Below the pieces are notes generated by a model, which saw only the letters and a list, made by a program, of their open reading frames with translations, was not told the origin of the DNA and did not search any database. Of a stretch of DNA of 64,000 nt, positions 22,002 through 31,638 are shown piece after piece. A program made the translations under genes and the position numbers. Position 1 is the stretch's first letter. The number at the start of each line of letters is the position of its first letter. Source of the stretch: an uncultured delta proteobacterium (GTDB taxonomy: Bacteria; Desulfobacterota; Syntrophia; Syntrophales; UBA5619); assembly GCA_963817385.1 (NCBI GenBank), contig CAWFOM010000012.1, forward strand, positions 1-64,000, given 5' to 3'.

Positions 22002-22912
22002 AGGAGCGGGTAGTGTATCTCAACGGGGGGTACGTTTCCTGGGATGAGGCGAATGTCCATATCATGTGTCACAGCTTTGGGCGGGGTTCGGCCATCTTCG
22101 AGGTGATCGGTTTCCACGATACCGCGGCAGGTCCGGCCGTCTTCCGCCTGGACGAGCATGTCGCCCGTTTCCGGCAATCGGCCTCGCTCCTCGATATGGA
22201 GCCGCCCCTGAGCCCGGAAGAGCTGCAGGCGGCGATCCTCACGACGGTGAAGCGCAACGGATTGAAAGAGGGGCTCATCAAGATGATCGGCTATTACCCG
22301 GAGATCGCCTTCGAGATCCTCCCCCCCAATAAAAGGTTCCAGATCGCCATCTTCGTGTTCGACCGCGAGGATGCGATCGGCGCCAAGCCGGAAGTGGAAA
22401 ACCGGGCGGTGACCGCCTGCGTCTCGCGTTGGCGCCGGCTCGATCCCCAGAGCGTCCCCATTGAGGCCAAGGCGGCGGCCAATTACCTCAACGGCATCAT
22501 GGCCCGGGGGGAGGCGAGGAAGCGGGGTTTCGAATATGCCGTCATGCTCGATACGCAGGGCTTCCTCGCGGAGGGGGGAACGGAATCGGTTTTCCTCGTC
22601 CGCCGGAGGCGCCTCATGACGCCGTCCTTGGGGACGATCCTGAGCGGCATCAGCCGCAAATCCCTGCTTGCGGTGGCACAGGAGATGGGGGTGGAAACCG
22701 TTGCCGGCCGCCTGATGCCCGAGCTTCTGGGCGAGGCGGAGGAGATCTTCCTCTCCAGCACGCCGGCCAAGCTCCTCCCCGTCCGCCAGATGGATGAGAG
22801 GCTTTTAGGCGAAGTCCCGGGGCCGGTGACACAGATGCTTTCTGCGCGGATGGCGACGATCACCGCCGGACGCGACGAGCGGTTTCGGGGATGGCTCTTC
22901 CCCGTCACCTGA
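21995..22912 (+). CDS. PLP fold IV aminotransferase (branched-chain aminotransferase-like)
   Basis: FRLDEH..R, AKAAANY, EG..E..F, IL.GI.R, EIFL. Confidence 0.88.
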   Translation: MLKERVVYLNGGYVSWDEANVHIMCHSFGRGSAIFEVIGFHDTAAGPAVFRLDEHVARFRQSASLLDMEPPLSPEELQAAILTTVKRNGLKEGLIKMIGYYPEIAFEILPPNKRFQIAIFVFDREDAIGAKPEVENRAVTACVSRWRRLDPQSVPIEAKAAANYLNGIMARGEARKRGFEYAVMLDTQGFLAEGGTESVFLVRRRRLMTPSLGTILSGISRKSLLAVAQEMGVETVAGRLMPELLGEAEEIFLSSTPAKLLPVRQMDERLLGEVPGPVTQMLSARMATITAGRDERFRGWLFPVT

Positions 22913-23118
22913 CCCTCCGGCCTCCCAAGACCTTCAATAACCTCCGCCCTCCGGAGTTCCCTCCGGCCGAGCTTGTATCGTCAGCGTGGAAATGGAGGGG
23001 TGATATATCCAAAAATGACATGCACCGGTCGTTGACGCCAGTGGAGGAGAGAGCTGGCGTAGCAGCCGAATGTTTCTATCCCCAGCTCGCCCTCGCCAAA
23101 CCGTACGGACAGCCTTAC

Positions 23119-24912
23119 CTAATCCTGAAAGCCGGTTTGATACAAGTGATAATACCTTCCACGCTCTGCCAGGAGCTCGGCATGCCTTCCCTGCTCGACG
23201 ATCCGCCCGTCGTGGATCACCACAACCCGGTCTGCGCTGGTGATCGTGGAGAGGCGGTGGGCGATGACGAACGCCGTCCTCCCCTTGAACAGCCGCACCA
23301 GTGCGCGCTGGATGACCTGCTCGGTTTGCGTGTCCACGGACGAAGTGGCCTCATCCAGGATAAGGATACGCGGGTCCGCCAGGAGGGCGCGCGCGAAGGA
23401 GATGAGTTGTCGCTGTCCGACCGAGAGCATGACGCCTCCTTCCTCCACCGGGGTTTGATACCCCTGTTTCAAGTTCATGATGAACCCGTGGGCGCCCACC
23501 GCCTCCGCAGCGGCGAGGATCTGGTCATCGCCGGCATCCAACCGGCCGAACAGGATGTTCTCCTTGACCGATCCGTTGAACAGGAACGGCTCCTGGGGCA
23601 CGATGCCCATCTGACGCCGGAGGCTGTCCTGCCTGATCGTCCGCAGGTCGTGACCGTCAACCAGGATGCGGCCCGCGGTCGGGTCGTGGAAGCGCGCCAG
23701 CAATTTTACGAACGTCGTCTTGCCCGCACCCGTCTTGCCGACCAGGGCAACGGTTTCGCCCGGACGGGCGGCCAGATCGACATCGCTCAAAACGGGCTGC
23801 GCATCGTCGGGGTAGTGAAACGAAACGTGCTCGAAGCGGACCTCGCCTTCGATGGGGGGGATATCGCGCGCGTCGGGGGAATCCTTCACCTCCACTTCCA
23901 TGTCCAGCAGGCCGATGATCCGTTCCCCGCCCGCCATAGTGGATTGGAGCGCGGTGAAGCGGCGAGAGAGGTCGTGAATCGGTTCGAAAAAGCGGTCGAT
24001 ATACAGGGTGAAAGCGACGAGCACCCCGGCGGTGATCTGCTCGCCGAGCACGGCCGCACCGCCCAGCCAGACGATAAGGGCCGTGGCGATCGCGCTCAGC
24101 ACGTCTACGATGGGGTTGAAGAAGGAGACGATGCGGGCGGCATCGACGGAACGTTCGAGGTGATAACGGTTGACAGTATCCGCGAAGAACCTCCCGTTGT
24201 AGTCCTGGCGTGAGAATGCCTGCACCACGCGCACGCCGTTGACGTTCTCGGCGAGTACCGAGTTCACCCACGAGACCGCCGCACGGACCTTTCGATAGGC
24301 CGTGCGCGAGAGACGGCGGAAGAGGACGGTTGCCAGCGCCATGACCGGCAGGACGCTGAACGTCAGCAGTGCCAGCCGCAGATTCATTTCCAGCATCACC
24401 GCGATGATCAGTGCGAGGGTGAAGATGTTGCGCGTTATGGCAAGGACCGCCCAGGTGAGGAAGTCGCGCAGGGTTTCGACGTCGTTGATGACGCGGGTGA
24501 TCACCCTTCCAACCGAGTAATGGCTGAAAAAACCGAGCGAAAGGCGCTGCAGGTGATTGAACAGGGTCGTGCGCAGGTCATAGATCACCGCCTGCCCCAC
24601 CCGGGCCATGATGTTGATCCGGAAATAGGTGCAGACCCACTGGATGCAAGACACCGCCAGATAGGCGAACACGGTGTACCGCAGCACATCGGTGTTGCGG
24701 GCGGTAAGGCCGTCGTCGATGGCGATTTTGACGAAATACGGTCCCGCGACCGCCGCCGCAGACGCACTGAACATGAGCAACACGGCGATCAGGAGTTTCC
24801 CGGCGTACGGCCGGGCGTGGGCGAACAGCCGGCTGACGACCTTCGGGTCGTAACCTTTGTCGTACTCCTCCTCCGACTGGGTGACGTATGCGGGCGGATT
24901 GATCGTTGTCAT
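23119..24912 (-). CDS. Heterodimeric ABC exporter subunit (TMD+NBD, degenerate LSVGQ signature)
   Basis: TM region then GKTGAGKT, LSVGQRQL, ILILDEATS, IAHR; start at ATG 24912. Confidence 0.92.
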   Translation of the reverse strand: MTTINPPAYVTQSEEEYDKGYDPKVVSRLFAHARPYAGKLLIAVLLMFSASAAAVAGPYFVKIAIDDGLTARNTDVLRYTVFAYLAVSCIQWVCTYFRINIMARVGQAVIYDLRTTLFNHLQRLSLGFFSHYSVGRVITRVINDVETLRDFLTWAVLAITRNIFTLALIIAVMLEMNLRLALLTFSVLPVMALATVLFRRLSRTAYRKVRAAVSWVNSVLAENVNGVRVVQAFSRQDYNGRFFADTVNRYHLERSVDAARIVSFFNPIVDVLSAIATALIVWLGGAAVLGEQITAGVLVAFTLYIDRFFEPIHDLSRRFTALQSTMAGGERIIGLLDMEVEVKDSPDARDIPPIEGEVRFEHVSFHYPDDAQPVLSDVDLAARPGETVALVGKTGAGKTTFVKLLARFHDPTAGRILVDGHDLRTIRQDSLRRQMGIVPQEPFLFNGSVKENILFGRLDAGDDQILAAAEAVGAHGFIMNLKQGYQTPVEEGGVMLSVGQRQLISFARALLADPRILILDEATSSVDTQTEQVIQRALVRLFKGRTAFVIAHRLSTITSADRVVVIHDGRIVEQGRHAELLAERGRYYHLYQTGFQD

Positions 24913-24976
24913 AGTTGCTCCCGAAATCGAGCCATCCTCGTTATATGAAAATGTCCCCTCCCGGTATCCCTCCTCC

Positions 24977-26776
24977 TCACCGAGGAACGGAGGGGTTCTC
25001 CCTCGCTTCCTCCCCCTCGACGGGTGAGGGAGGGGCGGGGGCGAACCGGGGCGTCTGTTGTAACTGCAGATCGTGAATCGCCCTATATAGCCCGCCTTTT
25101 GCGAGCAGTTCCCCGTGCGTGCCACGCTCGACGATGCGGCCCTTGTCCATGACCAATATCACGTCGGCACGGCGAACGGTGGCCAGGCGATGCGCGATTA
25201 CAAAGGTCGTACGGCCTTTCATCAGGTTCTCCAGGGCCTCCTGGATCATTTTTTCCGTTTGCGTGTCCACCGAGGAGGTCGAGTCATCCAGGATCAGGAT
25301 GCGGGGATCCATCAACAGGGCGCGCGCAATCGCCACCCGCTGGCGCTGTCCGCCGCTGAGCGTCACACCGCGCTCGCCGACGATGGTCTCGTACCCATTG
25401 GGAAGCTCGATGATGAACTCGTGCGCCTGTGAAGCCTTCGCCGCAGCGATGACATCCTCATCGCCTGCCTCCGGCCGACCGTAGGCGATGTTGGCCCTGA
25501 TCGTATCGGAGAAGAGGAGCGGGGTCTGCAGAACAATGCCGATCCGGCGGCGCAACGATTCGAGGTCCACCGCGCGGACGTCCATGCCGTCCACGAGCAC
25601 CGCCCCCGCCGTCACTTCGTAGAAGCGCGGGATCAGGTTTACGAGCGAGGTTTTCCCGGAGCCGGTCTGCCCGATCAGGGCGACGATCTGGTTCGGTTCG
25701 ACGGCCAGGTCGATGCCGGTCAGGGCGGAGGATTTCTCGCCTTGATAGCGAAACGAAACGGTGCGAAATTCAACACGGCCGCTCAGCGTCGGGAGGGTGA
25801 CCGCATTCTCCGGGGAGCGGATCTCCGGCTCGTGGTCCAGAATTTCCAGTACGCGCTGCGCCCCGGCGGCCGCCTCGCCCGCGGCGTTGACCAGCCAGGT
25901 CATCTCCTGGATGGGCGCGGAGAGCATGAGCATATAGGAGTTGAAGGCCACGATCTCGCCGATCGTCATGCTGCCCCGGATGACCATCTGACCGCCGAAG
26001 AGCAGGATGAGGATCGTGCCGAGCGTGATGAGCAGGGTGGTCGTCGGCATGACCTTGGACCATTCGTGGATGACCTTGAGGCGGGCATCGAAATATTTGC
26101 GGTTGCTTTTGTCGAAGCGCCCGATCTCATACGCTTCGCGCGCAAAGGCCCGCACGATCTCTACGCCCGTGACGTTTTCCTGCAGGCGCGTCGACAGGTC
26201 GCCGAGGGTCTGGTCGACGTTGTAGAACAACTTCGTGACGCGGTCTCCGAAGAAGGAGGTTACGATCGCCAGCGGGATGAGCGGCAGGAGCGCAATGACC
26301 GCAAGCTGGGCGTTGATGGAGACCATCATGGCGATGACGCCGACCGACAGGAACAGCAGTTGGACCAGTTCGATGATACCGCTGCCGGTGAAGTTCTGGA
26401 TGGCGCGTACATCTTCGATACAGCGGGTGATCAATTGGCCGGACTGGGTGTGATCATGAAACGTGAACGGCAGGTATTGAATGCGGTCGTACATGGCGTT
26501 GCGGAGGTCGTACCCGATGGTGGCCGCGGTTCGCTCGGAGAGATAGTTCTGGGTCAGATTGAGCACGGCAACGGCAAGTCCCAGCCCGAGCAGAAGAAGC
26601 GCCGCGCGGGCAAGATACCCGACCTGGCCACGCAGCAGCCCGTCGTCGATCACCCGCTGCAGGATGCGCGGAACGATAAGCGACAGCCCCGTCACGGCAA
26701 GGAGAGTGAAGATGTTGGCGGCAATCTGCCAAGTGTACGGTTTGATAAAGGCGCGCAGACGATACAGGTGTTTCAT
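24977..26776 (-). CDS. Heterodimeric ABC exporter subunit (TMD+NBD, degenerate Walker B DD)
   Basis: GQTGSGKT, LSGGQRQR, ILILDDSTS, IAHR. Confidence 0.92.
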   Translation of the reverse strand: MKHLYRLRAFIKPYTWQIAANIFTLLAVTGLSLIVPRILQRVIDDGLLRGQVGYLARAALLLLGLGLAVAVLNLTQNYLSERTAATIGYDLRNAMYDRIQYLPFTFHDHTQSGQLITRCIEDVRAIQNFTGSGIIELVQLLFLSVGVIAMMVSINAQLAVIALLPLIPLAIVTSFFGDRVTKLFYNVDQTLGDLSTRLQENVTGVEIVRAFAREAYEIGRFDKSNRKYFDARLKVIHEWSKVMPTTTLLITLGTILILLFGGQMVIRGSMTIGEIVAFNSYMLMLSAPIQEMTWLVNAAGEAAAGAQRVLEILDHEPEIRSPENAVTLPTLSGRVEFRTVSFRYQGEKSSALTGIDLAVEPNQIVALIGQTGSGKTSLVNLIPRFYEVTAGAVLVDGMDVRAVDLESLRRRIGIVLQTPLLFSDTIRANIAYGRPEAGDEDVIAAAKASQAHEFIIELPNGYETIVGERGVTLSGGQRQRVAIARALLMDPRILILDDSTSSVDTQTEKMIQEALENLMKGRTTFVIAHRLATVRRADVILVMDKGRIVERGTHGELLAKGGLYRAIHDLQLQQTPRFAPAPPSPVEGEEARENPSVPR

Positions 26777-26821
26777 CGGATGACATCAGGATCCTTTAAC
26801 TCGCTTCTCACAGGCAGGGAG

Positions 26822-26850
26822 AGGGTACGAAGAAAGACCTCCTATGTCAA
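26822..26850 (-). promoter_or_regulatory. Putative sigma70 promoter of the ABC exporter pair
   Basis: TTGACA-N17-TACCCT on the minus strand. Confidence 0.6.
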
Positions 26851-27020
26851 CAATTATTGCAGGCAGATTAATTAACATGCTCCTCGCTCCGGCAAAACTG
26901 AAATGAAAACTGATACTATAAGATACTAAGAATTTGCCCGCATGCAGTAAAGAAGAAAACTAACCCTGCAAGTCAAGCGGCTTTTATCGAAATGGAGCAG
27001 AAACATGAAACAGAAACTTC

Positions 27021-27049
27021 TTGACATGCAAGACCGTTCTTCATATCGT
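27021..27049 (+). promoter_or_regulatory. Putative sigma70 promoter of the Dpp/Opp operon
   Basis: TTGACA-N17-TATCGT. Confidence 0.65.
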
Positions 27050-27281
27050 ACCTCCTCACAAAGTCAAGTCTTAACAGTTGTATCGGTACCAATCCGGTTT
27101 CATTGCTGAAAACAGAACTGAAGTGTCAAAGAAACCCCTCTTGTCGGAAAATGACAGGAAAAGAAAATTACGGCGGGTTGTGTGTTTGATCGTTTAAAGA
27201 CGAAACGTTGTCGCCGGGAAATGGAGCGGCAAAGCCCTGACGTTCTGTAAGGATTGAAAAAACCATCGAAAGGAGGAGGCC

Positions 27282-28847
27282 ATGAACCAACGAAAACAAA
27301 AAGCGATGAAACCGGGAAGCATCCGGCGGTTGGCACTCATCGGGATTTTCATCTTTGGGGGGATTCTCAATGTCGGAGCAGGCACCGTACAGGCGGCCCC
27401 CCCAACAGGCGTACTTAAGGAGGCTATTCACTGGGGTATATCCGCCGATTGGCTGGATCCCGCGACCTGCGGAAATCCCATCTCTGCCCACCTTCCCCTG
27501 TATCTTTTTCACGATTCCTTGCTCAAGGCCATGCCGGAAGGCAACTTTACTCCCAGTTTGGCTGAATCGTACACGGTGAGCCCGGATGCCAAAGTCTATG
27601 AGTTTAAGCTGCGCAAGGGGGTGAAATTTCACAACGGAGATCCCCTGACGGCAGAGGATGTGGTATTCAGTTTCGAGCGATACAAGGGCGCCCAAGCCAA
27701 AAATATCCACAGCAAGACGGAGAAGGTCGAAGCAGTCAACCCTCTTCTTGTCCGCTTTCACTTCAAGGAGCCTTTCCCTGATTTTTTAGAGTATCTTGTA
27801 CCGGGGGTCTCCACGATTGGCTGGGTGGTGCCGAAAAAGCACGTGGAAAAGGTAGGAGATGCAGCATTTAAAAAACATCCCATCGGCGCCGGTCCGTACA
27901 AGTTTGTAGAATTTGTAGCCGGTCAGCGGCTGGTGGGGGAGGCCTTCGAAGAATACTGGAGAAAAGTCCCTAATATCAAGAGACTGGAATTCCATATCAT
28001 CACAGAACCGGCAACTCGACTGGCCATGGTCAAGAGGGGCGAGATGGACATCGCTACCCTCATGCAGGGAGTGTTTTATGAAGATGCGAAAAAAGACCCG
28101 AAACTCAGACTTCTCGCCCCGCTGAGTCCGACCCGGTGGTTTGTCTACCTCTCATCTCAGTGGGACCCCAAGTCTCCCTGGTCTGACCCGCGGGTGCGGA
28201 AAGCTGCGAGTCTGGCCATAGACCGCAAGACGTTAGCCGATATTCACATGCCCGGATGCGATCCGATCGGCGGTCTTGCCCTGGAAGGAGATCCCTCAGC
28301 GCTGCATTTTTCTCCGGACCCCTATGATCCGGCGCAGGCGAAAAAGTTGCTGGCTGAAGCCGGCTACCCCAATGGCTTCCAGGGGGGGAAATTTTATCCC
28401 TACGAAGGAGGTTACTGGCCGTATGGGGAACAGGTGGCCAATTACTGGAAGGCCGTCGGCATTAATGTGGATATCACACTCCTGGATCGACCTGCCTGGA
28501 TAGCCATGCGGGACGGTGGGAAAATGAAAGGGGGCTTGTTCATTGACCTGGCGGTGGCGCCGACTATTGGAGGACGGCTCTCGTATCTGTTCGGTTCGAC
28601 CTCTTACGGCAATTATCCGGATATTCAAGCGGTATGGGATAAATACCAGAGGGAAGGTTCCATTAAGGGGAGAAAGGATTTGATCGCCAACGTCCAGAAG
28701 ATGATCTATGAAAGGAGTATGTTCATTTGCCTCACTTCGACCAACTCGCCTGCCGCCTTTGGTCCGAGAGTGAAAGGAAACCCATACAAGATCCAACCGC
28801 TCGTATGGTTCACGGCCCCCTTTGAAGACATGGAGCTCACGAATTGA
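27282..28847 (+). CDS. ABC transporter substrate-binding protein, family 5 (Dpp/Opp/Nik)
   Basis: Signal peptide; LAES..VS.D...Y.F.LR.GVKFHNG.PLTAEDV.FS; PIG.GPYKF. Confidence 0.93.
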   Translation: MNQRKQKAMKPGSIRRLALIGIFIFGGILNVGAGTVQAAPPTGVLKEAIHWGISADWLDPATCGNPISAHLPLYLFHDSLLKAMPEGNFTPSLAESYTVSPDAKVYEFKLRKGVKFHNGDPLTAEDVVFSFERYKGAQAKNIHSKTEKVEAVNPLLVRFHFKEPFPDFLEYLVPGVSTIGWVVPKKHVEKVGDAAFKKHPIGAGPYKFVEFVAGQRLVGEAFEEYWRKVPNIKRLEFHIITEPATRLAMVKRGEMDIATLMQGVFYEDAKKDPKLRLLAPLSPTRWFVYLSSQWDPKSPWSDPRVRKAASLAIDRKTLADIHMPGCDPIGGLALEGDPSALHFSPDPYDPAQAKKLLAEAGYPNGFQGGKFYPYEGGYWPYGEQVANYWKAVGINVDITLLDRPAWIAMRDGGKMKGGLFIDLAVAPTIGGRLSYLFGSTSYGNYPDIQAVWDKYQREGSIKGRKDLIANVQKMIYERSMFICLTSTNSPAAFGPRVKGNPYKIQPLVWFTAPFEDMELTN

Positions 28848-29764
28848 TGAAGCGATACATCATCAGACGGTTGTTTTTTGGGGTTGTCGTTGTATGGATC
28901 GTCTCCGTGATGATTTTCTTGGCCACACGGGTCGGGCCTGATCCTGCGTTCATGATCGCCTCTCCCGGGGCAGACGAAGCGGAACTGAATGCGATCCGGG
29001 ATCGCTTCGGCATGAATAAGCCGCTGCCGGTGCAATATCTTATTTTCATCAAAAAAGCGCTCCAGGCCGATTTCGGGGAGTCGCTTTATTACGGTCTGCC
29101 GGTTTCGGAGATTGTATGGCAGCGGCTGCCTGCTTCGTTGCTGCTCGTCGGGACAGCCAAGCTCATATCTTTGAGTTTTGGAATATTGGCCGGGGTATTG
29201 GCAGCCAGGAGGCGCGGCAGTTTTATCAGTAATGTCTTGCGATGGTTTTCGTTTCTGGGTTTGTCCATGCCCAACTTTTGGATTGCCATGCTGTTCATCC
29301 TCATTTTTTCCGTGACGCTGCAGATTTTGCCCACAGGGGGATATGGAACCTTCTGGCATCTCGTGATGCCGGCCCTTTCCTTAGGCTGGTATTTCAGCGC
29401 CGGATATACCCGCTTGACGGAGTCCTCTTTGCTGCAAGTGTTGAACACCGAGTACATTAAACTCTGTCGGGTGAAGGGACTTTCCGAACTATCGGTGGTG
29501 GGCAAGCACGCCCTGAAAAACGCGCTTATTCCTGTGGTCACCTTGGCGGGGATGAATATCGTGCTCATGGTTTCGGGCGCCGTCGCGGTCGAGATGGTTT
29601 TTGCCTGGCCGGGATTGGGACTCCTGATGTACCATGGCGCCGTCTACCGCGATTTTAATGTGGTGCAGGCCGTCATCCTGTTTATCTCCGTCATGATGGT
29701 GTTTGTGAACTTGGCAGTGGATATTCTCTATGCATACCTGGATCCGCGTATTCGGTATGAGTGA
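28847..29764 (+). CDS. ABC permease DppB/OppB-like
   Basis: PLPVQY..DFG.S..SMPNFW..HALKNALIP..F.WPGLG..LDPRIR. Confidence 0.93.
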   Translation: MKRYIIRRLFFGVVVVWIVSVMIFLATRVGPDPAFMIASPGADEAELNAIRDRFGMNKPLPVQYLIFIKKALQADFGESLYYGLPVSEIVWQRLPASLLLVGTAKLISLSFGILAGVLAARRRGSFISNVLRWFSFLGLSMPNFWIAMLFILIFSVTLQILPTGGYGTFWHLVMPALSLGWYFSAGYTRLTESSLLQVLNTEYIKLCRVKGLSELSVVGKHALKNALIPVVTLAGMNIVLMVSGAVAVEMVFAWPGLGLLMYHGAVYRDFNVVQAVILFISVMMVFVNLAVDILYAYLDPRIRYE

Positions 29765-29788
29765 ACAACAATAAGAAAAAGAGAGATT

Positions 29789-30655
29789 ATGGGCTCAGGC
29801 ATGATGAAATGGATAAAGGAAATCTGGAGAAGGGTTCCAAAAGTCGCGGTGCTCATTATCCTCCTGCTCATTGTCACCGCGGTTTGCGCCGACTTCCTAG
29901 CGTTGCATGATCCGGAGATCGGCGACCCAAGGCTGCGATTGTTGCCGCCTGCCTGGAGCGCGGGAGGTCAATGGACATATGTGTTGGGTACGGATACCAT
30001 GGGGCGGGATGTCCTCAGCAGACTGATCTACGGATCAAGGATTTCCCTGGTGGTGGCGTTTGCCGCCGTGATTATTGCCGGCTGCATTGGAACCGTATTG
30101 GGAGTCATCGCCGGGTTTTTTGGGGGCTGGGTGGATCAGGTCATCATGCGCTTTACCGACGCCTGGCTGAGCATTCCGACGGTCATGTTCGGAGTTCTCA
30201 TGGCCGTCATCTTAGGTCCCGGGGTGTGGAATATCGTCATCATCCTGGGCGGCACATTTTGGTCGAGATACGCCCGTGTGGTTCGGGGGGAGACCCTGAG
30301 CATGAAGAGCCGGGATTTCGTACAGCTGGCGAGAATTGCCGGGTGCGGGAAATTCTGGATCATCCGGAAGCACATCCTGCCGAATGTCTTCGACAGCGTG
30401 ATTACGCTTTCTTCCTTGCAAATCGGAATCGTCATTGTCGTGGAAGCGACCCTTACCTTCCTCGGAGTAGGGGTTCCGCCGCCCAAGCCGGCCTGGGGAC
30501 TGATGCTCTCCGAGGGGAGAGGCGGATTGCTGGCCGGTTATTGGTGGCTGGTCATTTTCCCCGGAGTAGCCATCGCCCTGTTGGTCACATCGTTTAATGT
30601 AATTGGAGATTGGCTCCGCCGGTATCTTGATCCTTTTTATCGAAACATCGAGTGA
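29789..30655 (+). CDS. ABC permease DppC/OppC-like
   Basis: LGTD..GRDVLSRLIYG.R.SL..HILPN..EA.L.FLG.G..P.WG.M. Confidence 0.93.
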   Translation: MGSGMMKWIKEIWRRVPKVAVLIILLLIVTAVCADFLALHDPEIGDPRLRLLPPAWSAGGQWTYVLGTDTMGRDVLSRLIYGSRISLVVAFAAVIIAGCIGTVLGVIAGFFGGWVDQVIMRFTDAWLSIPTVMFGVLMAVILGPGVWNIVIILGGTFWSRYARVVRGETLSMKSRDFVQLARIAGCGKFWIIRKHILPNVFDSVITLSSLQIGIVIVVEATLTFLGVGVPPPKPAWGLMLSEGRGGLLAGYWWLVIFPGVAIALLVTSFNVIGDWLRRYLDPFYRNIE

Positions 30656-31638
30656 TGACCTTGGAAAAGAAAGCACTAGTGGAAGTCGTCGGGTTGACCA
30701 CCCATTTCTTCTCGTTTGCGCGTACAAGAGTGGTAAAGGCGGTTGACAATGTATCTTTCGAGATCAAGACGGGAGATCGCCTGGCTTTGATCGGCGAATC
30801 GGGTTGCGGGAAGAGCACCGTTGCCGCATCCATCCTCCGTGTTCTCCCCCCTTCCGGGAAAACGGTAAGCGGAAAAATCCTCTTCGAGGGCGAAGATCTC
30901 ATGCAGAAAAGCAACCGGGAGATGACCCGAATCAGGGGTAAAAAGATCGGCATGATCCTCCAGGATCCCATGATGTCGCTGGATCCGGTCTTCACCATCG
31001 GAGAGCAGATCGGGGAGACCCTGTGCAAACATGCCTGCCTGAAGGGACTTCCCCTGACGGAGCGGATCAAGGAACTCTTGACGGCGGTGCGGATCCCGGA
31101 GCCTGCGCGGCGGATTAATCAATGGCCGCATGAAATGAGCGGTGGCATGCGCCAGAGAATCGTGGGAGCGATTGCCATCAGCTGTGAGCCGAGATTGCTC
31201 ATCTGCGACGAGGCGACGACGAATTTGGACGTTACCATTCAACTTCAATATTTGAACTTACTCAAAGAGTTGCAGAAAAATACAGGCGTCACCCTGGTGT
31301 TCATCACGCACAATCTCGGGATCGTGGCGGAGTTGTGCGAATATGTGATCGTCATGTATGCGGGCAAGATCGTGGAGCGCGCACCGGTAATGGATATTTT
31401 CGATACGCCTGCCCATCCCTATACGAAGGCCCTTTTGGATGCGGCTTTCGGGTTGCAGGATTTGAAGAAACGACGCCCCATCCCCGGCGAGCCTCCGAAT
31501 CTGGCCAATTTGCCTTCAGGATGCAGCTTTCATCCGCGTTGCTTTCATGCAGATGATCGTTGCCGAACGGAAGAACCGCCGGAAGTGGCCTTGACGGCTG
31601 CACGGAGCGCCAGATGCTGGTATCCGGTAACGGATTGA
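30655..31638 (+). CDS. ABC ATPase DppD/OppD-like
   Basis: GESGCGKS, MSGGMRQR, DEATT, HPYT, GC.FHPRC. Confidence 0.93.
   Translation: MTLEKKALVEVVGLTTHFFSFARTRVVKAVDNVSFEIKTGDRLALIGESGCGKSTVAASILRVLPPSGKTVSGKILFEGEDLMQKSNREMTRIRGKKIGMILQDPMMSLDPVFTIGEQIGETLCKHACLKGLPLTERIKELLTAVRIPEPARRINQWPHEMSGGMRQRIVGAIAISCEPRLLICDEATTNLDVTIQLQYLNLLKELQKNTGVTLVFITHNLGIVAELCEYVIVMYAGKIVERAPVMDIFDTPAHPYTKALLDAAFGLQDLKKRRPIPGEPPNLANLPSGCSFHPRCFHADDRCRTEEPPEVALTAARSARCWYPVTD

Noticed and set aside
23119..26776. Degenerate ATPase motifs (LSVGQ, Walker B DD) in the ABC exporter pair
   Set aside because: This is the well-known asymmetric architecture of heterodimeric exporters, not inactivation
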